This document shows, piece by piece, positions 1 through 16,545 of a DNA stretch of 64,000 bases. Numbering within the stretch: the first letter of the stretch is position 1; the number at the start of each line of letters is the position of its first letter. The stretch lies in assembly GCF_009914755.1 (NCBI RefSeq), contig NC_060929.1; one strand, given 5' to 3'. Both the position numbers and the translations under genes were made by a program. Origin of the DNA: the human T2T-CHM13v2.0 reference genome, Homo sapiens. The notes under the pieces were generated by a model. The model saw nothing but the letters and a program-made list of their open reading frames with translations. It had not been told where the DNA came from and did not search any database.

Positions 1-1699
<1,699 letters not shown>

Positions 1700-1719
1700 C
1701 AGTCCTTGTTTTTATCTAG

Positions 1720-3290
1720 CTCATTAAGGTCCACAAATACCTCGCCCATATCATAACCCTTTTTAAACTGGAAATGACCTAGACATTCAATGAGTACCTA
1801 AAGTAATTTTAAGATTTTAAACTATACAGAATTTTCACCTACACACATTTATCTCATTTACATGTACTCAGTTTATTCATTTTTAGCAGTTTATCTAGAT
1901 TACTTGTGAGAACCAAGACAGTCAACAAAGCTAATCGTCATTGCAAGTTATTTCCCTGTTAACCATTTTCATAGCTTGTGAATATCAGGTGTTCATCTAA
2001 GCAAGAGCCTTAAAGTTAAACACATGGGGATTCCTGCTGATAACTCAGAAAATTCAGTTGTTTTCATTAAACCAACAATATCGAATTAGTCTTGCTTATC
2101 AAAAAAATCATACAGACAAAGATCATTTTATTTTTGGCTGGGTTTACAGTCTTCTAACTTTCATGTAAAACCCTGACCCTTTAAAGTATCTAGCAGAGGC
2201 AAATATAAAGTGTATTTTATCAGAAGACTCAGACAAAAATGTATGCTGACACTTTTGAAGATATCTTTATTTTTATTTACTAATAATTTAAAAGCCAACT
2301 TATTTAGCAAAGATTATTGAATTCCTGTGAACTTGAAAAGCATTTGGACTTTATACCCATTTATCTATAATTTTATTTGGTAGCATGTTAGAACATATAA
2401 TACATGCACATATATAATATATTTAAACATGTATATACATACATACACAAAGATCTGATAATTTTACTTCAGAACTCTAGCCATGAGACAATATAATAAA
2501 TTTGTAGTTTTTACAAAAGACAGTTGGACCCAAATTACTTTTGACAAAATTGGGACCTGTTATGGCTAAGCTCTATTTTCCCTGATAGGTAATCCAAGGA
2601 AAGCTGTGGATCAAAATTTGGGGGAAAGAAGTTTCCATGGCAGTTTGATTTTTAAAAACCTCTTTTTTCCTTTTCGTTTTCATTTTATTGTTTACATTTT
2701 AACTAGAACTGGCTTAATTGTATAAGAAAAACAAAATCTCCAAATAACCTTGAATTAGTGTTACCATAAACAGTGAGTTTTATCTCAACACGGTGGCTTA
2801 ATAACAGCAGATTCAAAGCATGTGGGAAAAGAAAGAGAGAAACAGAGAGCATATGAAGATGCTATTTAACTCTATAGTTGCAGCTTAACCATTTGAGCTC
2901 TTTTTTGTTGTTGTTGTTGTTATTTGCCCATCAGTTTTAGAACGTGCACAAGAATAGGCCATCATATGTAACCTGCTGGTGTCCTAGAAAACCTGGCATG
3001 CCTTTCACCTTCTGCAGGAGTTTTTACCCTTTCTCCCTTTCCTGCTCTCATGATTTCTCAGTAGCTACCCTTATTGCAACAATAGCACATTTATTATCTT
3101 TATCGTATTTTAATATCTTAACTTCTTACAATAGGTGATTCAGTTTCTGCCAGTGTTTTCCCAGAGTCCACGGTGGCCTGTGAAGATTGAGCAGTCGGGC
3201 AACTCCACGCCACATGCATGTTGCCAACCACCCTAGGATTCTCCCCGCAGATGCGCCTTCCTAATTCATCCATTGGTTTCTCAGATCCTG
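1720..3290 (-). mobile_element. AT-rich ERV internal/leader remnant
   Basis: Lies between the pol fragment and the LTR; resembles degraded ERV internal sequence; family not resolved. Confidence 0.45.
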
Positions 3291-3304
3291 CTCATGACAG
3301 CAAT

Positions 3305-3701
3305 TGTAATGAGAAAAACCTGGAATTGTATTTAAAAAAAACCTTACCCCAAACTGGGAGGGAGCAAAGAGACCAAGCATGTCTGGGACAAGTTCAGCTT
3401 GGCTAGTAGATGAGTTTATTAGGACTTATGCATGAGGCACTCCTGAATGGCAGCAGGACAGCTTTAGAGATCTGTGCCACCTCCCATCTCTAAGCTAATT
3501 TTCTGTCTCTTTACCTACTATGTGTGTGTGATGGGACTGTTTCCCTTGGTAGGTTCTCAGCTATTCTCCAGGATGTTTGGGTTCCCAGGGACACCTATTC
3601 CTCAGCTATACACCATGGCCTTGGCTCATTGCCTGGCCTTCAGGGTTCAGGCAGTGGACATGTACCCTTAAACAACCTGGCAGGGGATCTGTCACACTAC
3701 A
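3305..3701 (-). mobile_element. ERVL LTR (LTR32-like), 5' LTR of the minus-strand provirus
   Basis: TG...CA termini (tgtagtg...attaca on minus), internal AATAAA, followed on minus by PBS-like ttgctgtcatgagcaggat. Family assigned from recalled consensus. Confidence 0.7.
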
Positions 3702-4083
3702 TAGGTAGTTCTTAACTTGTGGCCCTATTTTTGTCCTAAGGCAGCACCGGGTCTAGCCAAGACGAAAATCGCTGAGGTTGGAGATGAAAACAAAAGCCTT
3801 TGGTTGAGATGGTAAAGGAGGCCCTCAAGAGTGGTGCAATCAGTGTATCCAGAAGGCAGTGCTGGAGTCGGCCTCATGAACTAGGGGGGTTTTCTCGGCA
3901 TTGCCCTTTTTCATTTCATCAAGTGTTTTATCCAGGTTTGGCGTGGCATAGTTCTGAGCCAGATACATTCCAATCACATTGCCAAAGTAAATTCAAGCAG
4001 GAACTGGAGCATGATGTCGGCAGGGAGGATGGGGAAGGCAGGGAGGGCGCAAAAGGCGGCTGCAGCTCTTCGGGCTGGTCTGA

Positions 4084-4388
<305 letters not shown>

Positions 4389-5426
4389 TCTGCACTCTTA
4401 TATTGGCTTCCCTTCTTTCCTGTTTTACTCTCCCCAGTCACTTATTCCTGTTCCTTTGGATCCATTCCCAAATAAATCACCTACACACAAACTCTTGACT
4501 CAGGCTTTGCTTTCAGGAGGAAATCTGGGCTAAGACAGTCGACATAAGAGTGGTCCTAGAAGGCAGACCTGCAAGGAAGGGATTCACAGCCGTGATAGCT
4601 CTACTTTCTACAATGGAGTCATGGCCCTGATAGGAAACATATGGAACCCTGGAACAAAGAATGGGAACATTTGAATAGATTAATGTGAGAATTTTGAATT
4701 CCTGGATTCTCCTAAACCTTCAAGGCCAGCAGAAGCAGCTATCTTTCTCCTGCTATAGGAGACAAGCCTCTCCTTGCCTGGAATCCTGCCAAGACTCCTC
4801 CTAAGGCAAGGGCCCCAACGATGATGCTTATTCTCCTCCATATCCCCTACCTCCCTTCATTGCCTGCAGACCAATAACTAGGGTTAGGTCTCAGCACAGC
4901 CTAAGTGGAGAAATACAGTATCTGATTTATAAGCAAATAGCATACACATTGAAAAAATTACGGGACCTATGTTGTGGCAGGAACAGGGATAACAGGGGTG
5001 TGAGGAGAGGGTTGTAAGAATGTATCAATCTGGGGGCACTCTCATTATTCAGGGATTAACATCCAATCAAGGATACATAAAACCATTTTCACATGCTTCT
5101 GAGATGCTTCTTTGAAACTTGGACACAATTACGACCTTCGGAAATGAAGTAGAGATGCCAGAAACTTCCTTGGCAGAATACTGAAGGAGTCAGAAGTCTC
5201 AGAGGGATTAGCATGTTAGATTGTAGTTATTATGCAAGATCAGAGAACCTACTAGAAGACTACATTCCCATGGGAAGTCCAGAGGCCACTCTTTTCACCG
5301 AGGCAACACAACATGTAAAGGTGAGGAATTCTTAGTGTCAGTGGGGATGGTAGGACCCTGGAATTGCAGAGACTAGATGGGTAACAATCAACAGAGGCAG
5401 GGTAGATATAAAAATTATCACAAAAT

Positions 5427-5772
<346 letters not shown>

Positions 5773-7468
5773 CTATCTATGGCAATGGCTAATAGACCAT
5801 AGTGTCCCTAGAGTTAACTAAATTGGCAGATGACTGTGTATTACTTGACTGTAACAACAGCAATCCCCAAAATCAAGGGCTCATGAGCAGAAGGCAGATG
5901 ACAGCTGCCATAATGGAAAATAGTATTTCCTCATAAATTTCCTTGATCTAGGCCAGTTCTCAGGCTCAGAGCCTATTGATTTAAGGAAAGGCCAAGCCTT
6001 TTTATAGAAGAGCCCTCCAATGCTGCCAAAGGTATACAAGATAATTATTTCCCCAATCTTTCCACATGAGAGATCTGTGGCCATTTATCATAGTAACTCT
6101 GGTCAGGGGGAAGAAAAAGAACCAGACTTTCAAAGGCTATTGGGTACAGAGTATGAGCTGGCATCAGTGCTGGGGGGAAACACTATCATGGTCCCCCCGT
6201 GACAGAGGCTCATGAAAGCCAGGTAAATGGAGTACTCTTGCAAACAGATCCAGAAGTCTGAAGATCCACACTGTACTAATTTCCTTATCCCTAAGTAAAT
6301 AACTAGGACAGATGTTCTAGCAACTGGCAGTACACTAACATTTACTCCCTATTTTATTAAGAGCCATTAAGGTAGGAAGGGCCAAATGAAAGCCCCTGAC
6401 ACTTACCCTCACCTTTCTTACTGATTTATTAAATGAGAAGTAAAACCACATCCTGGGTGGTATTGCAGAGATTAATTTCAACATCAAATATTTTCTTCTC
6501 AATATCCTTCAGTCAGGAGGATGAAAAACTGTTTGCTTTTATGTAGGAATAATAGCAGTACATATTCACTCTCTTGCCTCTGGGCTATGTTAGTTCTCCT
6601 CTCTGCACAACACAGTATCTAGCGACTTTGATTGTCTCAATATTCCATTGAACATCATGGTAGTCCACTGTATTGATGACCTAATGCTAATTTGACCTAG
6701 TAAGCAAGAAGAAGCAAGAACTCTAGATGTCCTAGTAAAGACACATGTATGCCAAAGGATAGCAGATAAAAATATGAAGATTCAGGACATTCATATTGTT
6801 CAACTTTTTTCTTACCTTTTTGTTCTAGAATAAGTTAAATGGATGTAAAAGTAGACAAACTAGTAAAACGAATCCCTTGAACCACTATTCACAGCCCATA
6901 TTATTTCATCTATATCCCCACCAACTTCTTCTATCCCATATTATTTTGAAACAAATGGGTAAAGTTATCAGGGATCAGTAGTCATGCCAGGTTATCCCCT
7001 GTAAAGTAAAGACAAGTTATTGAGCTCTGTATCCTCCAACACTAAGGCATAGTGCTTGGTGGAGTATTCCTCTGACCCATCTATTTCGTGCCCCTGAAGG
7101 CTTTCAGTTTCGGGTGAAACCCAGAGCAGGAGAGAGCTGTACAGTGTGTCCAACTAGAGTACAAGCTTCTCTACCATTTGGTTCATATTATCCAGCAGAT
7201 ACAATGGGGCTAGAGGCATACATGATGAATAAGGCTACAGGGCAGAGTCTCTGACATGCCCTAATAAAAGAGTTTCAGCACAGATCTCTAAAGTTCTGGA
7301 GCAAGGCCATGCAGCAGAGAGATATTCGACTTTTGAAAAGCAGCTGTTTGGCCCCAATAAAAACCAAGAGCCTAGCAATGGGACATCAAGGGTCTATGCA
7401 ACCAGAGATACCCATTGTAAGCCAGGTATTGTCAGAGTCTACCAAGTCGTAAGATTAGGCAGGTTTAA

Positions 7469-7768
7469 GCCAGGCATGGTGGCTCACACCTGTAATCCCG
7501 GCACTTTGGGAGGAAGCTGAGGGCAGAGAATTACTTGAGCCCAGGAGGCAACATGGCAAAACCCCATCTCTAAAAAATAAAGAAAAAAAAATTAGCTGGG
7601 TGTGGAGGTGTTTGCCTGTAGTCCCAGCAACCTGGGAGGCTGAAGTAGAAGGATTGCTTGAGCCTAGGGAGGTTGAGGCTGCAGTGAGCTGTGATTGTGC
7701 CACTGCACTCCAGCCTGGGTGACAGACTGAGAATCTCTCTCAAAAAAAAAAAAAAAAAAAAAAAAAAG
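7469..7768 (+). mobile_element. AluJ
   Basis: Diverged Alu with poly-A tail. Confidence 0.9.
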
Positions 7769-8384
7769 CAGACTTATCAGCAATCCATCATATAATAATA
7801 GAACAGGAATGGTAAATTCAGGATCAGGACTAAGCAGGTCAATAGGGTGCATGTAAGTCAACAAAAGGTGGCTCAGACTCCTATGACACCTACCTCAGCT
7901 ATCGGCTATACCAACCCTTCTGTCTTAGCTCAGACCTACAGCCTTAGTAGGTAGTTCTCTGTAACCAACTGATGGAGGGGAAAATAGCCCTTACTCACAG
8001 ATGGATTAGCTTTAGACATTGATACTAGTTAAAAAAGAAAAAAAGAAAAAGAGATTGTTCCTGTAACATAGCTCCATTTAGGGGGTAGCCCTAAACAACT
8101 TTGAAGGGAAATTCCCCCAGTGGGCTAAGCTGTAAGCAGTATACTTGTTCATTCATTTTGTATGGAGGACAAAACAATTCCAGATAGAGATTTACATACA
8201 CTTGTGAGCAATGGCAAATAGTCGAGTGGTACCTGTTCAGCCCTCACTTATGTGCAATCTGGAAGTGCAAGCAGTTGACCAATGGAGACAGAACTAGGAA
8301 ACAAATACCTCCTCATTCTATATGGCTCTTTAGAAGCCCCCAGTGGGATTAAACCTCAGTAACCCACAGCAATGGGGATTGAGA

Positions 8385-8600
8385 CAAGGCTGAGGTGAGG
8401 AAAAAGAGCAAGGCACTTGTCTCTGGTGCAAATTTAAGGAGGCACCAAGAAATTCAGTAACCAAGATTAATTATATTTTAATGCAATATTTTTTAAAATA
8501 GAAATTAATGCAAATACCCATGATGAACGCAATATCAAAATTTTCAATAAAGACAGGCTCAGTATTGCTAATTTTCCATTTATTCTTAGGCTCCACTAGG
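8385..8600. mobile_element. hAT MITE (MER96B-like)
   Basis: ggtgcaaatttaaggaggcacc...ttttaatgcaatatttt matches recalled consensus; interrupts the LTR. Confidence 0.55.
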
Positions 8601-9491
8601 GCTCCACACAACACTGTTACTGATCTTGGTCATCGCCAATAACCATCTCAATTTCACAGTCTATGTTGGCTTTACCTCCCTCTCTGTTCACTCTCCTCCC
8701 TAGTCCCTCACTTCTGTTTTATGGTATCATTACTCAGAATAAACGACCTTATATACGTTCTTGTCTCCAACTTTGCTCTATTATATGGGGTGGAGTAGGG
8801 AGATGAAACCCAAGCTAAGTAAGATAATGACCATAATATATCATTCGAAGAAGGATACTTGTGAAAGTAAAGGGAGGCTCTATTAATAATTTCACTGGAT
8901 TAATAGGCATAAATCAGAGCTGTCCTAGCACATCAGGATGTATAGTCTTATTACAGGTAGGAAACTGAGGTTCCAAGGGGGTGGGAAGTCCTCCTAAGAG
9001 GAGGGGTCAGACTGGAAGCTACACAAAAAGAGGCAGAAATGTCCCTCCGCCTCTTAATCGGAGCCTGGGGAAACAAACACACTCGTGCAAAATCTCCAAA
9101 GAGGTGAGCTCTTCACCCTGTCAATTTTATCTGCCTCGTGAACCCCAGGGCTCAGGCTCCAGGCCCGGGCTAGCTCACACAACAGCAGAAGGGCCTTAGG
9201 TCTGGGCACTGAGCCAAAAAAAGGGAGGCTGTGGTCCCTGCTTTGGTTACCCTGCCGGGTCTGAGCGCCAAATCGGATCTCCTACTTCTCTCTCCCTCCC
9301 TCCCTCTGTTCCTGGACTGGGGGCAGGCCCTTCTGCTAACAGAAAGCCTTCCAGTCGGAGAAAGCTCTGACAGCCTGCCGCGATAAAGGGCCCTGGGGGC
9401 GTGAGGAGAGCAAGGGGCTCAAAATCAGAACCCAGCGTGACGACAGTGCCTCCATGACTGTGCTCCCGCAATGCGCAGGCTCCATGTCCTG

Positions 9492-10196
9492 GCGCCCGCC
9501 CGCCCATGGACCCGGCGGGGGCTTCCAGGCTGGGCTCAGCCATTACGCCGGCGTGCGGGGGAGGAAACTCGCCTCCCGGGCACTCGGTTGTCTCCTGCCC
9601 CCGCCCCTCCCTCCGATCCGGGCCCATCTCTGACGTAGTGTGACCTTGCTCATCCCTTCCAGGCTGTGGGCCTGTTTTCCCTGTGCAAGATGAGGGTCCT
9701 GGCTGTCCTGAGGACGCTGTCCGGGCGCCGCCAGGGGTGACCGAATTCAGCTCTGCTAGGACTGTTGGGAAATGAGCTCCCTGTCGGCGTGTGCCAGCCG
9801 CCTGCGCGAGGCGCCACAGGAGAGGGCGCGCTCCTGTCGCTCTGCCGCCCCCAGAAGTTTCCCGGGAACCGACTCCACTGACTCGCCCCTCCGCGCCCCA
9901 CGCGTGGCAGCCTAAGCTCAGCCTCCAGATTGGAGGAGACCGCGGAGGGAACCCTGCTGGGGTCTGGGCCCGGGGCCACGCGGCCCGAGCAGATCGAGGG
10001 CCGACCCCTCCGAGAACTCGCTCTCTGGCCTCGGCTCCTCCCTTGCGCCCGCCCTCCCACGTGGGGCCCAGGTCTGGGAATCAGCGCTCGGGGGTGGCTG
10101 GGGACAACCGAGAACGAGCTTCTTCCCCGGCACGCGGGCGGAATGGCTGAGCCCAGCCTGGAAGCCCCCGTCAGGTCCTTGGGGGCGGGCGGGCGC
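9492..10196. repeat. Inverted duplication: arms ~9492-9596 and ~10099-10196
   Basis: 9516-9544 cgggggcttccaggctgggctcagccatt is the exact reverse complement of 10142-10170; flanks align with mismatches. Confidence 0.9.
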
Positions 10197-10424
10197 GCGA
10201 AGCACAGGGCGGAGACAGCCGGGAGCCCAGCCTCCCGGGCTGGGCCGCCCTCCCCTTCCCCGCGCCCGGCCGGGGATGGGGGTGTGGTCCCAAGTGTACA
10301 GTGGCATCAAGCTCAGCGCGAGCTCCCGGGAACGCTCCAACGCCTTCAGCCTGTTTCCCAGGAACGGTCCCCGGCTTCGCGCCCCAATTTCTAACAGCCT
10401 GCCTGTCCCCCGGGAACGTTCTAA

Positions 10425-11399
<975 letters not shown>

Positions 11400-12933
11400 T
11401 GAGGCCCCAGTTTCTCTAAGACAGCAGATGGCCTCCTGAGGCTCATTGGGTGCAAGGAAGCACAGAAGGCGAAACCCCAGCTGGAAGCCCTGGCCCTCAG
11501 GGACCTCTCTGAGCACAGGGTGAGTTGGCAGGCAGGGGCTGTAGCCCCTCAGCACCCTGCGTGGTTAGTGGCAGGTTTTCTAAGTTCCAGGAATGAGGAT
11601 GCACACACACTTCTCCCGCTTTTGCTGCTTCACATCTGGTAAGGACCTGGGTCAGGATACACCTTTCTTCTGAGGAGAGCATCCTCATGGAGCTGTTGCC
11701 TGCTATTGGTCAGGCAGGTAGGATTTCCCTGCTGCTAGTCCCTCCTCTGCCTCATGCTCCTCCCAAGAAAAACCTGAGTGGCCTCTGCTAGTCCCTTATC
11801 CCTTTCCCTCAGCACGGTATAGCGGTCATCAGACATTGTGTCTGGCCTTGTGCTGAGCACTAAGGTGTGGACATCTGGTGTGTGGAGCCTACCCTCAGAT
11901 GCCCATGGGGCACACTGGCTGTGTTACTGAGAAGGCTAACATTAACCCTGGTTAGCAATAGGGTTCTGGAACCCAAATTCAAGTCCTGCCTTGCTTGCTA
12001 TGTGACCTGGGATAAATAAATCACCCTCTCTGTGGGACAATAGGTGGAGGAAATACTCCAAGAAGGGGTGATATGATTTTAGCTGATTCTGAAAATGTGA
12101 GCAAGACCTGTCTAGGCAAGAGTATGGGAAATTCAGGTAATGGAATTCTCATATATCGGAGTGGCTGGAACTCAAGGGATGACAGATATGACAAATGAGA
12201 CTAGAAATGGCCACAAGGGCTAGTTCATAGTGGCCTTCTATGTATACTGAGGAGCTGACTTTATTCGGAGGACAGTGAGAAAATAGTAAGCATTCTAAGG
12301 CCAGGTTCGTGCTTTTGGAAAGAGCTCACTCTAGCTGCTATGATAAACAAGAAGACCAGTGAGGAAGTTTTGAAACTCTCCTCTGCAAGAGAATGGTGGC
12401 CAGCCAGGCGTGGTGGTTGTCGAATCTGTGGCACCTGTGGGAAGTGGGCTCAGCCCAGGGACTGCCTTTGGATCCCCCAGCATTGGCACCATACCTACCC
12501 TGGGCCCTAAGGTGGCCATGCTTCTCTGGATTTGCTTCCCTAGCAGGGGCTCTAGTGCTTGCCCACTCCCTGCCCACAGCATGGCCTGGGAGCAGCTGAG
12601 ACTGGGGGCCAGCTCATCCCGCGTCGATTCCTGGAAGTGTTATCAGTGCCTGTTATGGAGGCTGGACCCATGAGTGGCAGCCTTCCCTGGCAGCTGGGCT
12701 GACCTGTCTGCTTTTCCATTGCTCGCTGGTTTTGTTCACTGTAGGGCGTGAGGGGTGAGTAGCTGCTGGCCTCCAAGTCCATAGCTACTCATGTTGTACG
12801 CTGTTCACAGGGACCTCTAAGGATGTACATCATCACACATTCACACACATGCACCAGGATTTGCTTTTTTTGGCAGCTTTTCCCTTCCTGGCTTCCTTTT
12901 TGAGTGGTGGAAGTAAAATAAAAAGCAACTAGG

Positions 12934-13250
12934 GGCTGGGCACAGTGGCTCACGCCTGTAATCCCAGTACTTTGAGAGGCTGAGGCGGGCAGATTACTTG
13001 AGGTCAGGAGTTTGAGACCAGCCTGGCCAACATGGTGAAACCCCGTCTCTACTAAAAATACAAAAATTAGCTGGGAGTGGTGGTGCACCCCTGTAGTCCC
13101 AGCTACTCGGGAGGCTAAGGCAGGAGAATCACTTCAACCTGGGAGGCGGAGGTTGCAGTGAGCTGAGATCACACCACAGCACTCCAGCCTGGGTGACAGA
13201 GCCAGACTGTGTCTCAAAACAAACAAACAAACAACAACAACAACAAAAAA
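12934..13250 (+). mobile_element. AluS
   Basis: Full Alu with (AAAC)/(AAC)n tail. Confidence 0.95.
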
Positions 13251-13474
13251 CTGGGCTCTGGTGGTTGGGAGGAGGAGGGAAGGAAGCAAGTACCAGGGTA
13301 AGCAGGATGGATGGATGGCTCTCCCCCAGAGGGGCGGCAGCACACAGAGTTCTGGAGTCAGACTCAGTAGAGGGCCAGTTTTGACTCCACTGCCAACCAC
13401 CTGGCTGACTCCAGGCAGGTTACATCACTGATGAAAGCCTCAGTTTCCTTGTCTATAAATTGGGGGTACAAGCG

Positions 13475-14525
13475 ATGAAAAGAGGCTCAACATCACTAAT
13501 CACTAGGGAAATGCAAATGAAAATCATAAGGAGGTACCACTTTGTACCCTTAAAAATAGTTACTACAAAAAGAAAAAAAAAACACCCAGAAATCCACTTT
13601 GGGAGGCCGAGGCAGGAGGATTGCTAGGGGGCAGGAGTTCAAGACAGCACTGGGCAACATAGTAAGACCCCATCTCTACAAAAAATAAATAAAAAATTAG
13701 CCAGGCATGAGGGCATGTGACTGTAGTTCCAGCTTCTCAGGAGGCTGGGGCAGGAGGATCACTTGAGCCCAAGAGTTTGAGGTTGCAGTGAGCTATGACC
13801 ATATCTCTGCACTCCAGCCTGGGTGACAGGGCAAGACCCCACCTCTAAAAAAGTGTTGTTGTTGTTTTTAAACACAGAAAATAACAAGTGTTAGTGAGGA
13901 TGTAGAGAAATTGAAACCCTTGTTCATTCCTAGTGGGAGTGTAAAATGGTGCAGCCACTATGGAAAATAATGTGGTGGTCCCTAAAAAAATTAAAAATAG
14001 AATCACCATATGATCCAGCAATACTAATTCTGGATATATGTCTAAAATAATTGAAACAGGGTTTCAAAGAGATATTTGTACACCATGTCTATGGTAGCAT
14101 TATTCACAATAGTCAAAAGGTGAAAGCAACCCAAGTGTCCTTCCACAGACAAATGGATAAACATAATGTGGTATATGCGTACAATGGACGATTATTCAGC
14201 TTTAAAAAGGAAGGACATGCTACAACGTGGATAAACCTTGAGGAGACTACGCTTAGTGAAATAAGCCAGTCACAAGACAAATTATTTTCTGATTTCACTA
14301 CAGGAGTAGTCACACTCACAGAAGCAGAAAGTAAATGGTGGTTGCCAGGGACTGGAAGAAGGAAGGAGTAGGGAGTCGTTGTTTCATGGGTATAGAGTTT
14401 CAGTTTTGTAAGATGAAAGTAGTGTTGGAGATTGATTGCACAACAGTGTGAACGCTTCTGAACTGTACACTTAAAAATGGCTAAGATGGTAAACTGTATA
14501 TTATGTGTACTTTATCTCAGTTTTC
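13475..14525 (+). mobile_element. Old L1 (L1M) 3' fragment interrupted by AluJ at ~13595-13852
   Basis: ggaaatgcaaat...accatatgatccagcaat...gaactgtacacttaaaaatgg, typical L1M ORF2 end and 3' UTR. Confidence 0.85.
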
Positions 14526-14611
14526 AAAATGGGGATAATAAGAGAAGCCACCTTATCTGAGTTGTTGGGAGGACTCAGTGAGATAATGCCCCATGCCCCA
14601 TCCGGTGGTGG

Positions 14612-14656
14612 CCAGCACAGAGTGTGGCACCAGCAAAGAGTGTGGCACCAGCAAAT
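14612..14656. repeat. 18-bp tandem repeat (ccagcamagagtgtggca) x~2.5
   Basis: Directly visible; gives CWCHTLCWCHTL in the ORF track. Confidence 0.85.
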
Positions 14657-15242
14657 GGGCTTCCTAGGTGGTGGTGAGGAGTGGTAAAGGCAGAAGCTCA
14701 GCACCTTCTTTGCCTTCTCCACTGGCTGGGGACAGTGGGCATGGTGGGAGCTGTTCTAAAGTCCAGGTTGTGGCCTGTGTAATAGGTGATGGGACTTGCT
14801 GGAGGCTGAGCCCCTCTCCCCACAGTGGCAGTTCCAAGCCTCAGAGAATAGAACACAAGTCCAAACCCATACTGACTTGGCCAGTGCCAGTGTACAGGGC
14901 CAAGCCCAGGGCCCCTGAGAAGGTTCTCTGCATCCCAGTTGGCACAACACAGGTAGTGGGACTGTCCTCAGATTGTGTCTTTGCCTTATACTGCCGTGCC
15001 AGGATCTCCCAATGGGCATATCTTTGGGGACAGACAAGTCTGCCTGAACTGCCCCCCAACACCTCTTCACAGGAGGACAGGGTTAGCCAGGAACCAAGGA
15101 TGGCATGCTGTGCTGTAGAAATGCCTTTCATAGTATGCCAGGAGGTAGCAATAAGGTGTCTGAGTTGGGGTTTGCGTGAGTGCATTCGTCTGTGTGTGTA
15201 CATGTGTATAAGGTAGTTTCCTTCTTCAGGGGTTGATTGTGA

Positions 15243-15645
<403 letters not shown>

Positions 15646-15649
15646 GATT

Positions 15650-16545
15650 ATTTTTTAACTTTATTTTGAAATAACTTTTGATTTAGAGAGAAGTTTGAAA
15701 ATAGTACAGAGATTTCACATATACCCTTCATCTAGCTTTCTCTGATGTTAACAATTTAAATACGCGTTATGCATTTATCCAAACCAGGAAATTAACATTG
15801 GTTACAATAGTAATAACTGAACTACAGACTTTGTTTGGATTTCACCAGTTTTTCTACTACTGCCCTTTTTCTATCGTAGGATCCCATCCAAAATCCCATG
15901 TTGTATTTAGTTGTCATGTCTCAGTCTCCAATCTGTGATTGTTCCTTAGTCTTTCCTTATCTTTCATGATCTTGACATTTTTATGAGTATTTTGATGAAT
16001 GCTCCTCAGTTTGGGTTGGCATGATTTTTCTCACAATTAGATTGCGTTATGCACTTTTTGGTAATGATACCTTAGAAGTGATGCATTCTCTGGGCATCAT
16101 ACCAGTGGGTACATGATGCTGATGTGTCTTATTACTGGTGATGTTAACCTTGATCATTTGTCAAGTTGGTGTCTGTGGAATTTCTCTGCTGTAAAGGTAC
16201 TATTTTTTCCTCTGTCACTAATAAATATCTTAAGGGAGGTTCTTCGAGATTATACAAAATCCTGTGTCTCCTCAAATTTTTATTCACTGATTTTAGCATT
16301 CATCACTAGGTCTTGACTGAAACAATTATTACTGCAGTTTGCCTAGTGATGATTTTGCATTTTCTGATTCCTTCAACATTTATTAATTGGAATTCTTCTG
16401 AGAAGAAGAGCTTCCCCTCCACATCTATTTATTAATGTATGCAATTGTTAACTTATATCAGTACAGGTTCATACATACTTATTTTATTTCATCAGTTATA
16501 AACTAATGCTATCCATCTTTATTTTGTTGCTCCAGTTATTCTAGC
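15650..16545 (-). mobile_element. Old L1 (L1MC-like) 3' UTR
   Basis: ggaaattaacattgg...attactggtgatgttaaccttgatcatttg motifs. Confidence 0.75.

Noticed and set aside
14612-14656. Short direct repeats as a possible CRISPR-like array
   Set aside because: No spacers; simple 18-bp tandem duplication in eukaryotic intron.
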